64,000 nucleotides of DNA. It comes from Phaeosaccion multiseriatum (lineage: Eukaryota; Protista; Ochrophyta, other classes). Positions 62,140-64,000 of this stretch are shown in pieces. The DNA lies in the NCBI GenBank assembly GCA_965112735.1, contig OZ218959.1, forward strand, positions 2,666,001 to 2,730,000, read 5' to 3'. The stretch's first letter is position 1. Every line of letters begins with the position of its first letter. The notes beneath the pieces were generated by a model. That model was not told the origin of the DNA. It saw only the letters and a list, made by a program, of their open reading frames with translations, and did no database searches. Position numbers and translations under genes: made by a program.

Positions 62140-62187
62140 TCTTGTGGGGGGGGGGGGGGGTAAAAGGTGATATATTATCTATGTTAT

Positions 62188-62942
62188 CTAAGGCCCCTTC
62201 ACCACGGAGGCCGTCTTGATGTACGAGAGCTGATGGGACAGACGGACGAGAGCAGAGGAACAGAGTAAAGACGTGAGAAGAAGGGACGGGCGGCGACAAA
62301 GGCGGAGAGGCGGGTCAAGAAGCTTTCCGACATGGGAGGCAGACATACCGGAGAGAGGGGGGGGGCGACAAAAACACACACTCTCTCTACTGGCTCTCTC
62401 AACGCCGCAGTAGATATGAAGAGCACGCTTTCGCTTCAAGGGAGGAGCGCGGATAGCTACGCACAGTACCTTTCCATCAGTACCAAATGACTCTTCCTCC
62501 ACATTCACAGATTCAGTCAGATTCGCCGTTTTCTTTACATCAGTCAGAGTGACACCCTTCCATCAACGCACGAGCGAGAGTGGACAGAGAGGGGTGCTGC
62601 TGAAGCACAAGTGGCAGCCATCCCCAACAGCGTAGGACGTGCGCCGCTCTACTCCCCCGCCCCCCCCCCCCCTCGATCTTCTCCTTCTCCTCCTCCTCAC
62701 CTTCGGGTACTCCGCCTTGAGGTACCTGTTCCCCTGGTGTTGTTGGTAAGGGTTGGGTAGGAGGGGGAAAGGATAGAGGAGGGCATGGGGGGGGTGGGTG
62801 GGTTGGGGTATGCAGTGTGACCGGAAAGCATTGGCGCGGAGCAAGGCATAGGTCGACACGAGTCAGTTGGGCAGCAGCAGCAGCAGCAGGAATGGTTTTA
62901 GTTGTTATGATGATTGATGATGACGACGACGACGACGACGAC

Positions 62943-62999
<57 letters not shown>

Positions 63000-63842
63000 A
63001 AGTACAACACAGGTAGGTCCAGGACGATGTAGGCACATCTATACCGATGCCCAGGTGAGGTGGGGCACCTCTTTGGCTCCGTTCTTGTACACGCAAAGGT
63101 AGTGTACGTCCCTCCCTCCCTCCCTCCCTCCCCCCCCCCTCCCCTCCCTCCCTCCCTCTCTCCCTCCCTTTCCCGTCCCTCTCTGCCCTCATATTCCAGC
63201 GACTGACCTGGCCCTGCACGCGCCCCTGATTGGGTCCGTTACCGCTCGGCTGCCCCTCGCCATAGCCCGAATACAGCTTGTCCACCACCTCCATTCCTTC
63301 CACCACGCGCCCGAAGGGCGAGAAGCCAGACTGAGTAAGTTGAGCGAGTGTGTGTGTGCATGCGTGCGTGCGTGAGTCCGTGCGTGCGCGCATACGCAAG
63401 GTAAGGGAGCAAAGTACACAGCATACGACCGCTCACAGTGTGTGAAGAAAAACTGTGCAAACCCTAAGGGGCTCAACAGACCCCTCTCACTATGGCCCAC
63501 TCCACAACTACGACAGCTGTTTCAAAAAAGGCGCACAGACCGCTACTGCTGCGCTGTGCCGCCTCCGTTCAGAGGCAGACGAGAAGGCACCACGAGCGCC
63601 ACGAGAGAGGCATGAGAGAGAGGCGTGACTGAGGCCAAGGGTCAGACCAGACTATGCCAGTACTGATACGAGAACCAAACACCATTCACGGATGGAGGCA
63701 AGCAGGTAGGCAGGCCGGCAGGCAGGTAGGCAGGCAGGCAGGTAGGCGGGCAGGTAGGCAGGCAGGTAGGCAGGCAGGTAGGCAGGCAGGCAGGCAGGTA
63801 GCCTCGCGTACCTTGTCCAGGAACACGTTGTCGTTAAAGTTG
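62188..63842 (-). CDS. Cyclophilin-type peptidyl-prolyl isomerase, 3' part (5' exons beyond window)
   Basis: Short exons encode VNFNDNVFLDK | SGFSPFGRVVEGMEVVDKLYSGYGEGQPSGNGPNQGRVQGQ | GNRYLKAEYPK | LSYIKTASVVKGP*, with canonical splice sites. Confidence 0.85.
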
Positions 63843-64000
63843 ACTGAGGTGCACGAAGACAGAGATGGACATAGACACGTGTAGGAGGGAAGTGAGTGAG
63901 TCCGATACAATGCTGATGTGTGCGTGGTGGATACTTCCGTGTTGCCCTTGCTGCCATCTGCGTGCCGTACAGACTTGGGCATGATGCAGAAGGGCAGCTC

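Noticed and set aside
59704-62143. Target-site duplication for the whole 2.43-kb inverted-repeat segment
   Set aside because: The outer flanks are TGCT and TCTT and do not match, so movement as one unit is not demonstrated and is kept only as a hypothesis.
1-64000. Hundreds of overlapping ORFs with poly-L/S/P/C or VCVC/THTH runs
   Set aside because: They are shadows of microsatellites and antisense or alternative frames of GC-rich exons; only spliced, motif-bearing frames were kept.
1-64000. tRNA, rRNA, snRNA genes or telomeric repeats
   Set aside because: None recognised by eye; tRNAscan-SE and Infernal would be needed to exclude small RNAs.

Overview
Gene-dense, GC-rich, microsatellite-saturated nuclear DNA of a eukaryote. 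Four genes carry signal-peptide + 'AF' (ASAFAP-type) plastid presequences and two are flagellar-type, which points to a flagellated photosynthetic stramenopile (ochrophyte). I reconstructed about 15 host genes by hand, nearly all spliced: a TRIM/RBCC protein, EIPR1/TSSC1, a double C10-like protein, a calcyphosin-like protein, a plastid ABC-type ATPase with a degenerate Walker B, TSR1, a ~3,000-aa LRR/low-complexity protein, a PAP/fibrillin-like protein, a CFAP52-like WD40 protein, a conserved plastid protein, a large RFTS + TFIIS-N + PP1-motif protein, plastid enoyl-ACP reductase, and partial genes at both edges including a cyclophilin. Five gene pairs are head-to-head across <330 bp. An accessory block at ~55.8-62.1 kb holds an apparently intact, intron-containing Crypton-type tyrosine recombinase with a C-terminal PHD-like finger and palindromic motifs at both ends. 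Next to it is an intronless, internally duplicated orphan ORF bracketed by two inverted copies of a TIR-bounded repeat-array element. The most unusual signals are (i) this recombinase + inverted-array + cargo block, (ii) a dispersed TGCT-GTATCACCAAC-TGCT motif found about 20 times in both orientations and several reading frames inside CAG/CTG tracts, and (iii) the RFTS-PNUTS-like fusion. All domain calls are by-eye motif recognition; no searches were run.
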